From NCBI GenBank assembly GCA_050173015.1, contig JBFXLE010000003.1, positions 64,001 to 128,000 on the forward strand: 64,000 nt of DNA, written 5' to 3'. The notes beneath the pieces were generated by a model that did not search any database, was not told where the DNA came from, and saw nothing but the letters and a program-made list of their open reading frames with translations. Numbering within the stretch: position 1 is the first letter of the stretch; each line of letters starts with the position of its first letter. Made by a program: the position numbers and the translations under genes. The stretch comes from Calditrichaceae bacterium (GTDB lineage: Bacteria; Calditrichota; Calditrichia; Calditrichales; JBFXGD01). Shown here piece by piece: positions 13,100 through 22,733 of this stretch.

Positions 13100-13186
13100 T
13101 ATGTATTCCTTAATTTTTGCAACAATGCATATCGCCAAAACATGTTTAGATTATTGGAAATGATCCGGATCTCTATTCCTGAATTC

Positions 13187-14047
13187 TCAAGTTAGTTTTT
13201 TCTGCTGTACCATCGCCCTTCGGACACCGCGAAAACGTTTATTCCACAGCAAATCAAAAACAACCAAAAGGATTACCGCTCCGACTATTCCAAAGAGTAA
13301 AAAATTGATCATTGATGAGGTGTTCAACGGTTTATCCATCTCCGTTTCGTTTTTGAGATAAGCGACAAGAGGCAATATTTCTGTTTCATCTATTGGTTTG
13401 TTTTTAAAGATTGGATTCATCGTGAGTCCGGGCGGCGCCACAAGCCAGGTCGTCAGCGCTTTTTGCCCGCCAAGCCTGGCGAATGCGCGGGTCAGGTTTA
13501 ACCCCAGAAGCCCCCCGCCAAAACCACTCATACTATTTACAGTATGACACCCTATACAGGCCGGACCTCCGTTTAACAGTTTCTTTTTACCGGTGAAAAT
13601 TGCTTCACCCTCAATGATATCCGATGGCAGAAGCGGACGATCAGCTATCTGGATTCCGGCGAACTGTGATTTATCAAGTTTGGATTCGGCGGCCATCAGA
13701 TCAAGAAGAGCGTTGGCCATTACCCTGGTCATACCCGGTGTATTGGTCATAACGGCGCCGCGCGCTTCTTTTTGCAGCGTTAACGCGTATGGATCTCCGC
13801 TGGCCAGAATTCCCTGTGGATCCATCAGCCAGTTAACCAGCCATTCGCGGGACTGCCGGTCATTGACATTCTTCAGATCCGGACCGGTCAAACGGCCGCC
13901 GCCGATTGTATGACAGCTGACACAGTTTTGTTTGAAATATTCATCCGGGGTCTGAGCATTGATGTGATTTACGAAAACAAAAAGAAAGGCTGTGAGGAGT
14001 AGTACAGCCTTTCTGCAATCAACTTGATTCAGGATTGCCAAAATCAT
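13187..14047 (-). CDS. Membrane-anchored periplasmic diheme cytochrome c (NarC-like)
   Basis: Signal peptide, CVSCH...GPDL and CIGCH, C-terminal TM helix; first gene of the nar operon. Confidence 0.8.
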   Translation of the reverse strand: MILAILNQVDCRKAVLLLTAFLFVFVNHINAQTPDEYFKQNCVSCHTIGGGRLTGPDLKNVNDRQSREWLVNWLMDPQGILASGDPYALTLQKEARGAVMTNTPGMTRVMANALLDLMAAESKLDKSQFAGIQIADRPLLPSDIIEGEAIFTGKKKLLNGGPACIGCHTVNSMSGFGGGLLGLNLTRAFARLGGQKALTTWLVAPPGLTMNPIFKNKPIDETEILPLVAYLKNETEMDKPLNTSSMINFLLFGIVGAVILLVVFDLLWNKRFRGVRRAMVQQKKLT

Positions 14048-14111
14048 TGATACCTCAATAATTTTTGTGTGGACAGTCTCGTTTATGAGTTTGTGATGTT
14101 GTGATCACTAA

Positions 14112-14127
14112 TACAAGTATTGTGCCA
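14112..14127 (-). promoter_or_regulatory. Sigma54 (-24/-12) promoter of the cytochrome c-nar-act operon
   Basis: Minus strand reads TGGCAC-AATAC-TTGTA, about 65 bp upstream of the start at 14047; adjacent GAFTGA activator gene. Confidence 0.7.
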
Positions 14128-14256
14128 TAATACTACTACGATGTCTCAATTGATTTCATAAAGACTATAAGATGTTGTAATTTTTGAACTTACAAGAATG
14201 TTTTATTCTGGGATGAGAAATTTTAGTGAAGTAAAATATAAAAAAATTCAGCGGAA

Positions 14257-14346
14257 GTGCATACAGGACTATGCACCCGTTTTTTGCATATTCCGTATAA
14301 TCGCATAAAAAACCATAACTTAGGTCGTGCATACAACCCTATACAG
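14257..14346. promoter_or_regulatory. Putative enhancer (UAS) sites for the NtrC-family activator
   Basis: Perfect-arm palindrome GTGCATA-caggac-TATGCAC (14257-14276) and imperfect copy GTGCATA-caaccc-TATACAG (14327-14346), 130-220 bp upstream of the sigma54 site. Confidence 0.6.
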
Positions 14347-14351
14347 CGGAA

Positions 14352-15776
14352 TTATTCAGAAAAATCATCCTTCGCGCTTGAACTGTCAATATTCAACTTC
14401 CTCATAATGCGCTGAAACGCGGCCCTTGTCAATCCGCACAAATCCGCCGCGCGGGAAATATTTCCTTTTGTTCTCATGAGGGAATTTTGTATATACATAC
14501 GCTGAAACTCTTCAATCGCTTTTTGTTTTCCTTCTTCATAGGTCGTCGCGTCATCCATCAGTCCATAACCGTTTTCATCACTTTTTGACAATCCCAGGTG
14601 AGACGGCAATATTTTATCGCCTTTACAGACTATCAGCGCTCTCTGAATGGTATTTTCAAGCTCTCTTACATTTCCTTTCCATTCATGTTTCTTTAATGCG
14701 CTAACCGCCGCGGAAGATAATTCAGGAATTAATTCACCGCCTTCGAAATATTCCTTCACCGATTTTCTGAAAAAATGCTCTGCGAGGACCGGGATACATT
14801 GCGGTCTGTCCTTTAATAAGGGAATTTCTATCTTCATAACCTTTAATCTGTAATACAGATCTTCCCGGAATTGCCCCTTCTGAACCATTTCTTCAAGATT
14901 ATTATTACTCGCGGCAATAAGACGAAAATCAACCGGGATGACCTCATCCCCCCCAAGAGGCCTGATTTGTTTCTCCTGCAGAACACGTAATAATTTTCCC
15001 TGAAACATCAGCGACATGGAAGAAACCTCATCCAAAAAGATTGTACCTCCCCTGACCTGTTCAAACAGACCTTTTGAGTCTTTATGGGCGCCCGTGAACG
15101 CCCCTTTTTTGTATCCGAATAATTCCGATTCCAGAAGCGTATCGGGTAAAGCAATACAGTTGATTGCCAGAAAAGGCTTTTCTTTCACCAGACTCCGATG
15201 ATGTATTTCATGAGCGATTAATTCTTTTCCCGTACCGCTCGCGCCTTCTATTAATACCGGTATTTTACTGGGCGCCACCTGATCAACAAGATCAAGCACA
15301 TCACGCATGATTTTAGATACCGCGATGATATTTTCCGATTTATATTTATCCAGATTCTTTTTAACAACCCTTCGCGAGAGAATTTTATAACCGGTACGCT
15401 CAACAAATGAAAGGATTTCGTTGTTGTCAAACGGTTTTGTAATAAAATGAGAAGCGCCGTTCTGAAGACAAGAAACCGCCAGTTCAATTGTTCCGTACCC
15501 GGTTATAAGAACGACTTCGATGTCAGACCAGTTGGCATTAATTTCATGCAGCAAATCAACTCCGGACATTTTGTCCATCTTCAGATCTGTAAAAACGATA
15601 TCAAAACTATCCCGGCGCAGTGCGACGAGAGCTTCTTCGGCGGAAGCCTTCTCTTCTACTTCGCACCCTAAAGTACCGATAAGCCGCAGAAGACCTCGTC
15701 TGACATCTTCCTGATCATCAACCACCAGTATTTTAATCTGGCTTATATCATAGTATTGTTTGGCGTGCATTTCCAT
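14352..15776 (-). CDS. Sigma54-dependent response regulator (REC-AAA+-HTH)
   Basis: ILVVDD...FTDLKM receiver, GASGTGKE, ESELFG..GAFTGA, FLDEV, WKGNVRELEN, C-terminal Fis-type HTH. Confidence 0.93.
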   Translation of the reverse strand: MEMHAKQYYDISQIKILVVDDQEDVRRGLLRLIGTLGCEVEEKASAEEALVALRRDSFDIVFTDLKMDKMSGVDLLHEINANWSDIEVVLITGYGTIELAVSCLQNGASHFITKPFDNNEILSFVERTGYKILSRRVVKKNLDKYKSENIIAVSKIMRDVLDLVDQVAPSKIPVLIEGASGTGKELIAHEIHHRSLVKEKPFLAINCIALPDTLLESELFGYKKGAFTGAHKDSKGLFEQVRGGTIFLDEVSSMSLMFQGKLLRVLQEKQIRPLGGDEVIPVDFRLIAASNNNLEEMVQKGQFREDLYYRLKVMKIEIPLLKDRPQCIPVLAEHFFRKSVKEYFEGGELIPELSSAAVSALKKHEWKGNVRELENTIQRALIVCKGDKILPSHLGLSKSDENGYGLMDDATTYEEGKQKAIEEFQRMYIQNSLMRTKGNISRAADLCGLTRAAFQRIMRKLNIDSSSAKDDFSE

Positions 15777-15827
15777 GTTCTGTTTGTTTCCTTCCCGGAT
15801 TAGTTCTGATTTATACGGCTCTCCCGC

Positions 15828-18140
15828 TTATACTTTTACGGGCCACGGTATAAGTACCCGAAAAATGGTTTTCCCCTGAAATGATTCGAGTAATTCAAGA
15901 TCACCATTATGCGCATTGATGATGCTTTTCGCCGTTGATAGTCCCAGGCCTGTTCCCCCGGTGTTTTTTGTGGTAAAGAAGGGTTCAAAAATTTCTCTTT
16001 TATGCTTTATATCCACACCGGGCCCGTTATCCTCCACCTCAACGATCAACGCTTGATCGTTATGAAATGTGGAAAGCTTAATTTTACCTGTTTTTTCCGG
16101 GACCGCCTGCAAAGCATTCAATAACAGATTAACGAACACCTGCTGAATTTGGGTGGCATCTCCCAGGAATGGCTGATCTTTATCCTGAAAATTCTGCTCT
16201 ATGGTCGTCTGCTTTTCCTTGTTTAAAGGCCTTAGAAAACGAATGACATTTATCAGAATCTGGCGGATATTGATTTTCTCTATCCGCGGCTGGGGAAGTT
16301 TGGCGTAGTTCAGAAGCTCGTTGATGATCCGCTGACAGGTTTGTGTATTTCTTTTAATAACGTCCACATGTTCATGAAATTTCGAATTTTCTCTTAACTC
16401 CGATTCCATCATTTGGTTATACATGGAGATCGCCGCAAGCGGACTATTCATTTCGTGCGCCACGACCGCCGCGGTTTTACCAAGAACAGACAAACGGTCC
16501 TGGTGCGCCTGCCTCTCACTCAGCCTCTCCCGCTCAGTAATATCTCTGGAAACTAAAACCTTGCTTGTTGATCCGTCCACCGCCGGTAATTTTGTCGAAA
16601 TAATTTCAAAAACGGCGTTGTCTATCACGATCACACAGGATGTTTTTTTTGACACATCCATTAGACAATGGAGACAATTATTATCTTTACTGGCTCCGTT
16701 TTTGCATTTTCGGATTCTGTTTTCCGCCTCCGCGTTTTCCAGAAAGTTTATCAGCGGAGCCGACGCTTTATTGGAAAGCACCACATTTCCTTCGGAATTC
16801 AGAAGAACAAGCCCATCGGTTAAAGAATGAACTACGGTGTTCAATCGGTCATGCTGGATTCTTAGTTCGACTTCTCGCTTTTGCAAATCATGCGCCGTAC
16901 GTTCGAGACTCATGGTTCTCTCTTGTATCGCTTCCGCCATCATATTGAACGTTCGGGCCAAATTTCCGATTTCATCCTCTGACTGATATTTTATACGTTT
17001 TGAAAAATCTCCTTCTTTTATCCTGTAAGCCATTCTTTGAAGTTCTCCCAGAGGACGAATGACAAACTGAACCGGGAAGTATAGCAGAATCAGCGCTGTC
17101 AAAGCTACAATTAACGCGATACCCAGAACCCTGCTTTCAATGACACCGATCGGTTGCATCGCCTGAGCAGAGTTGAGTTCAATCATCACCTTCCAGCTAT
17201 TGCTATTCAGTGGAAAACTTTGACCAAACATTTCTTTGCCGTTTGCGCAGATGTGACGGCCGTTGTGAGCCACAATGGGCGTCAAGCGGGATTTTTCGTT
17301 AATGTTGATTCTCTCACTTTCAGCAGTATCATTATTATTGTCGAGATACCGCCATGGTACTTCCAACCGCAACCCATTTTGATCAATCACCGTCAGATAC
17401 TTTTCAATTTGTGGATCGGTCCTCCCATAATCGTATTCTCCGGACATATGCCTGACTACCGTTTCAAGATTGATGATACAAACAAGAAATCCCAGTTTTT
17501 CAGTATGATTCAGATTCCAGATATCTGTCACGATAGCGGCTGTTGGAAATGATTCCGGTTTGGATGGCGGAATTATTTGACTAAATCTTTTGGAATTTTC
17601 AATCAGGGCCTGATCAATATATTTTTGTATAGAAACAACGGAATCGTTGGTACCCGTCAGCAGGATTTTATCCTTGTTGTAAATTTCAATGGCAGCAAAA
17701 TCTTCCACCAATGGAAGCTTGTTCTCAATCAGATGTTTTTTTAGCGCTTGATGAACTTTTTGAAAAACGGTTTTTTCATCAAGGACTACAGACCGATCCA
17801 GGAGAATTTTCATATTTGAGCGGATAAATCCGTCTGAAGCAAAATCTTCCGCTCTGCGTTTCAGGGTTTCCAGTTTTTGATCAAATATGACCGCCTGGGC
17901 CATCGATTCGCTTTTCAAACGAATTTGAATTTCTTTATCCAGGCCCCTGTAAACTGAATTGACTACAAAATAACCGCCAAATCCAAAAACGATCAGCGAT
18001 AAAACAACAAAGCTAAGCGGTAACTTATATTTTATGGCGATCTTTGAAAGGGGATCTTTTTTATACCATTTCATGGCAACCTTCCTTTCAAAAGGTTGGT
18101 TTTTTTGTTCTAAAATACTCAGGTCAGGTTTCATAAACAT
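15828..18140 (-). CDS. Membrane sensor histidine kinase (periplasmic domain, HAMP, Cys-rich PAS-like region, HisKA, HATPase)
   Basis: Two TM helices, HAMP (DEIGNLARTFNMM), AHEMNSPL, NLLLNA, DNGPG, FFTTK, GTGLGL. Confidence 0.9.
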   Translation of the reverse strand: MFMKPDLSILEQKNQPFERKVAMKWYKKDPLSKIAIKYKLPLSFVVLSLIVFGFGGYFVVNSVYRGLDKEIQIRLKSESMAQAVIFDQKLETLKRRAEDFASDGFIRSNMKILLDRSVVLDEKTVFQKVHQALKKHLIENKLPLVEDFAAIEIYNKDKILLTGTNDSVVSIQKYIDQALIENSKRFSQIIPPSKPESFPTAAIVTDIWNLNHTEKLGFLVCIINLETVVRHMSGEYDYGRTDPQIEKYLTVIDQNGLRLEVPWRYLDNNNDTAESERININEKSRLTPIVAHNGRHICANGKEMFGQSFPLNSNSWKVMIELNSAQAMQPIGVIESRVLGIALIVALTALILLYFPVQFVIRPLGELQRMAYRIKEGDFSKRIKYQSEDEIGNLARTFNMMAEAIQERTMSLERTAHDLQKREVELRIQHDRLNTVVHSLTDGLVLLNSEGNVVLSNKASAPLINFLENAEAENRIRKCKNGASKDNNCLHCLMDVSKKTSCVIVIDNAVFEIISTKLPAVDGSTSKVLVSRDITERERLSERQAHQDRLSVLGKTAAVVAHEMNSPLAAISMYNQMMESELRENSKFHEHVDVIKRNTQTCQRIINELLNYAKLPQPRIEKINIRQILINVIRFLRPLNKEKQTTIEQNFQDKDQPFLGDATQIQQVFVNLLLNALQAVPEKTGKIKLSTFHNDQALIVEVEDNGPGVDIKHKREIFEPFFTTKNTGGTGLGLSTAKSIINAHNGDLELLESFQGKTIFRVLIPWPVKV

Positions 18141-18262
18141 AAGAAGACATGATTATTATATCAAGTTCTCTTCCCGCAGCGTGGTCAGAATAATTTACTA
18201 TTGAAGTGTTTAACGCAATTTATTGTAATTATGTCTCAAAATCAGCGCCGGATCAAATGAGT

Positions 18263-18300
18263 AAAAAAAAGCCGGCGGGTACTTTATTCCCCAGCCGGCT
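18263..18300 (-). terminator. Rho-independent terminator after the outer-membrane protein gene
   Basis: Minus strand AGCCGGCTGGG...CCCGCCGGCT hairpin followed by a T8 run, just downstream of the stop at 18328. Confidence 0.8.
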
Positions 18301-18327
18301 TCGTTATTGTTCTAAACGAATGGTGAT

Positions 18328-19605
18328 CTAAAAAGAGTATTTTAGCTTTGTATAAACCATATCGTTTTTCTCGTACATGCCAAACATGCCGACACCTTCA
18401 CCGATAAATATATTCGCGCCGACAAGAAGTTCAAATCCGTCTGCGATATCATATGTCAATTTTGGACGAATCAGGCCATCCTCATTGTCAAAACCATAAT
18501 ATACAAACAAATCCACGATGAGAGTTTCATTCAGGAAATCTTTAGCCATCAGGAATGTTGCGGTATTTTGAACTTCGTCCTGAACAATCTCTTCCTCATA
18601 ATCCATGATTCTTTCCTGAATAAACTGCCCGCTAACATCAACACCCCAAACATTGTAGTCAAATCCTAACAGGTAATGCGCATAATCTTTTTCAACCACA
18701 CCTTCTTCGTAGGTTTTTCCCGCCGCCGGATTATCCATAGCGGTATAATTTCTTCCCGTATAATACGCGCCTTCACCGCGGATTACCACGCCGGCGAGAG
18801 TAACTCCAAAACTTCCGCCACCCATTGTAAGCCTGTGATACTCAGGACGGACGGTAATTCCGGTCAACTGATGAGTATTCGGATCCATCTGTTTAATCAA
18901 ATGAACTGAAGGATTGTCATCCCATAAATAGGCGCCCATAAGTTCAAAATCTATCGTTGAGGACAGGAATGAATACTTTCCTGCGATTTCGCTGTTTTCC
19001 AGTGAACCCTTTACTTCTGATTTCGAATAGTCATAAGTGACAGGCGGTACCATCGGCAATGACATCATTTCAGCGGGATTTGGCATTTTAGGAGCCCAGA
19101 TAGAGCCCTGCTCAGCAAAAATTGTCGGTTGAAACTCAGGCAGCCAGACTAGTTCAAAGGTTTGATCACCCAAATAATAATCAAATTTAACAGCATTGAC
19201 ACCGATACGAATTTCTTCGAAATCCGGCAGTAAAAATTCACTCAAATCCTTTGGAGAAATGATATCGGTAATAAACACGCCGTCCGCTTTTCCCCAGATG
19301 ATTTGCTGTTTACCGACTCTAAGATCCGCGTTATCCCACATTAAATCCATATATGCTTCCCGCAGATTGAGATCAATCTCACTCTCCGAATCATGATTTA
19401 CAAAAGGATTGATGAAAAAAGCCGTATTTCCCCGTGAGTATGAAAACTCCATATCGAGGGTATTTTGAGTGACAGAATATTCACCATCTTGTTCCGTCAA
19501 CGCTCCCATATAATTTCTGACATATCCGTGAATATCAATCCCCAATGCAAAACTTTGCTGAAACAGACCAATAATCATCGTTATGATTAAAATGTACTTT
19601 TTCAT
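18328..19605 (-). CDS. Putative outer-membrane beta-barrel protein (DUF1302-like)
   Basis: Signal peptide from MKKYIL (ATG 19605, GAGGA SD); LREAYMD, RVGKQQIIWGKADG; C-terminal KLKYSF. Confidence 0.7.
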   Translation of the reverse strand: MKKYILIITMIIGLFQQSFALGIDIHGYVRNYMGALTEQDGEYSVTQNTLDMEFSYSRGNTAFFINPFVNHDSESEIDLNLREAYMDLMWDNADLRVGKQQIIWGKADGVFITDIISPKDLSEFLLPDFEEIRIGVNAVKFDYYLGDQTFELVWLPEFQPTIFAEQGSIWAPKMPNPAEMMSLPMVPPVTYDYSKSEVKGSLENSEIAGKYSFLSSTIDFELMGAYLWDDNPSVHLIKQMDPNTHQLTGITVRPEYHRLTMGGGSFGVTLAGVVIRGEGAYYTGRNYTAMDNPAAGKTYEEGVVEKDYAHYLLGFDYNVWGVDVSGQFIQERIMDYEEEIVQDEVQNTATFLMAKDFLNETLIVDLFVYYGFDNEDGLIRPKLTYDIADGFELLVGANIFIGEGVGMFGMYEKNDMVYTKLKYSF

Positions 19606-19606
19606 C

Positions 19607-20389
19607 CTACAGTCCTCTTTTGAGTGTACGTTCCGTAAACATATTATCCGGAGTATTGATATTATATCGGTAATTGCTGAATACCAGATCTGTTTTGTGA
19701 TTCGACTGGACATTTTCCATCACTCTGTGCATTACTGTCCAGATGCCGTCAACCTGTTCAATTTTTTTGCTGTGATCAATCTTCAGCAGATCACCTTCTT
19801 CGTCATAATATTCTCTCTTCAGGTATATCCAGTTTGATTTGATCACCCAGCTGATTGTTTTTGAATATATTGAGTCTTTTTCTTTCGGAATGCTTTCAAC
19901 GACGTAGCAATCCTGACCGTCAACAGTCTCGCTACGCAATAACTTGTGTGTATCTTCATTTGGTAAGCGGTCGCCTATGTCATCATAAGTAAAGTCCGAA
20001 CCCATGAAATAATCACTTTTGCTTTCTGATGAAATCCGCTTAATTCTTTTTAAGGCAGGCAGATAAATCCATTGATCATCGTCTTTGTTCTCATCAGCAT
20101 AAGTCCAACTCATGAAAGAAGTACCAAGTACATCGGCCGGAGCCAGGAAAAATACAACCGTTTTTTCGTCACCGCCATATTCTTTAGTGTACTGTCTCAC
20201 TTTCCGGACACGGCTGTCACCTGATTTGTTGATCAGGGTCATGATCAAATCGGATGTTTCATCATTACCGTCTTCACGATTATAGTTGTTTTCTATAATC
20301 TGTAAGGCGGTTAATGTTTCCTGTGCAGACACAATATCTATGCCTGACAGCAGGATTCCAATCATAAGAGTTAACAAAAATCTCTTCAT
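19607..20389 (-). CDS. Outer-membrane lipoprotein-sorting (LolA-like) periplasmic protein
   Basis: Signal peptide; PADVLGTSFM, DDQWIYLPALKRIKRI, FMGSDFTYDD, FTERTL. Confidence 0.85.
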   Translation of the reverse strand: MKRFLLTLMIGILLSGIDIVSAQETLTALQIIENNYNREDGNDETSDLIMTLINKSGDSRVRKVRQYTKEYGGDEKTVVFFLAPADVLGTSFMSWTYADENKDDDQWIYLPALKRIKRISSESKSDYFMGSDFTYDDIGDRLPNEDTHKLLRSETVDGQDCYVVESIPKEKDSIYSKTISWVIKSNWIYLKREYYDEEGDLLKIDHSKKIEQVDGIWTVMHRVMENVQSNHKTDLVFSNYRYNINTPDNMFTERTLKRGL

Positions 20390-22677
20390 TACACATCTCC
20401 TTTTTTGGGAATTAGTTTAGGTTTAATTATATGGATGAGAATTAACATCACTACTATGGTACCAAGGAATGACAGCAACATATTTAAGGAAATAAGTCCA
20501 CCGAGTTCCTGGTTTGGAGGAAAAGCCGATAGTAAAAGTACCGTAAAACCGAGAACAAGTACCAACGCGTTAAAGAAAATCGCGCGACCCGTGTGACCCA
20601 TTGTTCTGATAGCGATCAGGACTCGATCTTCAGTTTCCATTGAGAAAATTTTATAGCGCTCGATAAAGTGGATCGCGTAATCGATACCGATACCCATGGC
20701 TATGCTAGCCGCCAACGCGGTTGTTACACCCAGCGGTATATCTGAAAAACCCATGATGGCAAAACTGATCATCGCCGTAATAATTATAGGCACAGAACCA
20801 ATAAGTCCCGCGTTGAAGCTCCTGAACATGATGGCAAGTAGGATAATCACCATAATAACTGAGATCAGAAGACTGGAAATTTGACCTTCAAGAATCAGAT
20901 CCGTAAATACAAGTCCTTTGTATGCTGAACCCGCGAAATTCACCTTGATGCCGGGAAACATATCCTTATTATCTTCAATCAGATCAATCGTTTTTTGAAT
21001 AATCTTTGAATTATCGCCTTTCAACTGAACCGTCAGGTTAGCTCTTTTGTAGTTGTAATCAACTACCTTATCCAGATTTTCAGGATCCCCTGCCATCGTA
21101 TAAAGCAGCAGATATTGAGCGAGTAAATCGCGGGATTCAGGAATTACATCATATTTTACGCTGTCGCCATGCATTACCTTGTGCATTTTTCTCAGATAAT
21201 CGGCCATGGAGAAGGTATTGCCCACTTCCGGAATCGCTTCCAGTTTTTCCTGCAGAATATTTACATTTTTCCAGACCTCTGGAATTTTGAAGGTATCGTC
21301 TTCTCCTTCAAAAATCACATTAAACTGCGTCGTACCTGAAAAATGACTGTTTATAAAATGATCCGCCTTAACGATCTCACTGTCATCCTCAAAGTTTCTT
21401 AAGAAGCTTGAATCGATCCATACTTTCTGCATTCCGATCGCTGAGACTACAATGAGTACAACCGTGACCACAAGTATCATCTTACTGTTGTTTAAAATTG
21501 CATTGGTGAGTCGCCCCGCCAAACCTTCTTTTTCCGATGTTTTCGCTGCTTTAAGCTTCAATTTTGGCAACCCGACCATGTATAGCGCTGCCGGTAGAAA
21601 GGCGATGGACAAAAATAATGCCATGAGTACACCAAATGCCGTGAAAAGACCAAAATATTTCACCGGCCAAACCTGCGATGTAATCAGGGATACAAATCCT
21701 ATGGCGGTTGTCGTTGCGGCCATTAACACAGGCTTCCACATTACTTCAATCATATTGTCAAGGGCTTCTTCTTTTGAAGCATCAGGATTTTCTTTAAGAA
21801 ATAATTCAAGACAATTAAACAAGTGAATGGCATACGCCACACCAATGGCGATAAGCATTACCGGGATCATGGTCGATACCGCGTATATTGGGATCTTGAA
21901 GGCCGACATTAATCCGAATGCCCAAATTGTACTCAGAATTACGATGAATAATGTGACCAAAAGCGATTTAAAACTGCGTAAAGTCAGCAGAAGAACAAGA
22001 ATGATCACCAATAAGACAATCGGGATCATTTTTTTCATATCTTCCGGAGCCAGCTGCGCTAATGTTCCCTCAACAACCGGGCGTCCCGCGAAATAAATAT
22101 TTTCAGGGCCACGAAATTCCTCGGCTGTCTCCCGTATCTGATTATACAAGGCTTCATCAAATACGACATCTCCTTCAAGCTCCGCGACTATGATTGTCGC
22201 TGTCTCGTCATGAGAAACCATCCGGCCCATGATCATGTCATTACCCGTAACAGCTTCACGAATACTTGCAAGACCCGCGGAATCCTCAGGAACTTTTGTA
22301 AAGAACGGCCTTACATCCATACCAACATCGCTAGAAACAATGTTATCAAGGGTATAAAGACTTGTGACATTGTCCTTTTCGATCTGGCTCATCTTCTGTA
22401 GTTTTTTAGTGATGGTTTTGATCTTATTCAATGTACCTGAAGTAAAGAGACCATCAGGATTTTCGACAACGAAGATAAAAGCGTCTTTGATATTGAACCA
22501 CGACTCCGCCTGATCACTGTAAACAAATGCCGGATGTTCCGAAGGCATATACTTATCGAGATTCGTTTCGACACGGGCATGTTGGCCCATTTGCCATAAT
22601 GAAAGCGCGGTCAGGATTACTACGATCGTCATCACAAGGACTGGCTTTCGGTAGAATCCCTTCAAATAATTAACCAT
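20389..22677 (-). CDS. MMPL/RND-family transporter
   Basis: Two repeats of TM + periplasmic domain + 5 TM; AIGVAYAIH and GIGIDYAIH. Start at 22677 (AAGGAG SD). Confidence 0.88.
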   Translation of the reverse strand: MVNYLKGFYRKPVLVMTIVVILTALSLWQMGQHARVETNLDKYMPSEHPAFVYSDQAESWFNIKDAFIFVVENPDGLFTSGTLNKIKTITKKLQKMSQIEKDNVTSLYTLDNIVSSDVGMDVRPFFTKVPEDSAGLASIREAVTGNDMIMGRMVSHDETATIIVAELEGDVVFDEALYNQIRETAEEFRGPENIYFAGRPVVEGTLAQLAPEDMKKMIPIVLLVIILVLLLTLRSFKSLLVTLFIVILSTIWAFGLMSAFKIPIYAVSTMIPVMLIAIGVAYAIHLFNCLELFLKENPDASKEEALDNMIEVMWKPVLMAATTTAIGFVSLITSQVWPVKYFGLFTAFGVLMALFLSIAFLPAALYMVGLPKLKLKAAKTSEKEGLAGRLTNAILNNSKMILVVTVVLIVVSAIGMQKVWIDSSFLRNFEDDSEIVKADHFINSHFSGTTQFNVIFEGEDDTFKIPEVWKNVNILQEKLEAIPEVGNTFSMADYLRKMHKVMHGDSVKYDVIPESRDLLAQYLLLYTMAGDPENLDKVVDYNYKRANLTVQLKGDNSKIIQKTIDLIEDNKDMFPGIKVNFAGSAYKGLVFTDLILEGQISSLLISVIMVIILLAIMFRSFNAGLIGSVPIIITAMISFAIMGFSDIPLGVTTALAASIAMGIGIDYAIHFIERYKIFSMETEDRVLIAIRTMGHTGRAIFFNALVLVLGFTVLLLSAFPPNQELGGLISLNMLLSFLGTIVVMLILIHIIKPKLIPKKGDV

Positions 22678-22733
22678 TACACACTCCTTAGTTTGAGTAA
22701 CAATTCCCATACGGGACTATTATGAAAAAATAA

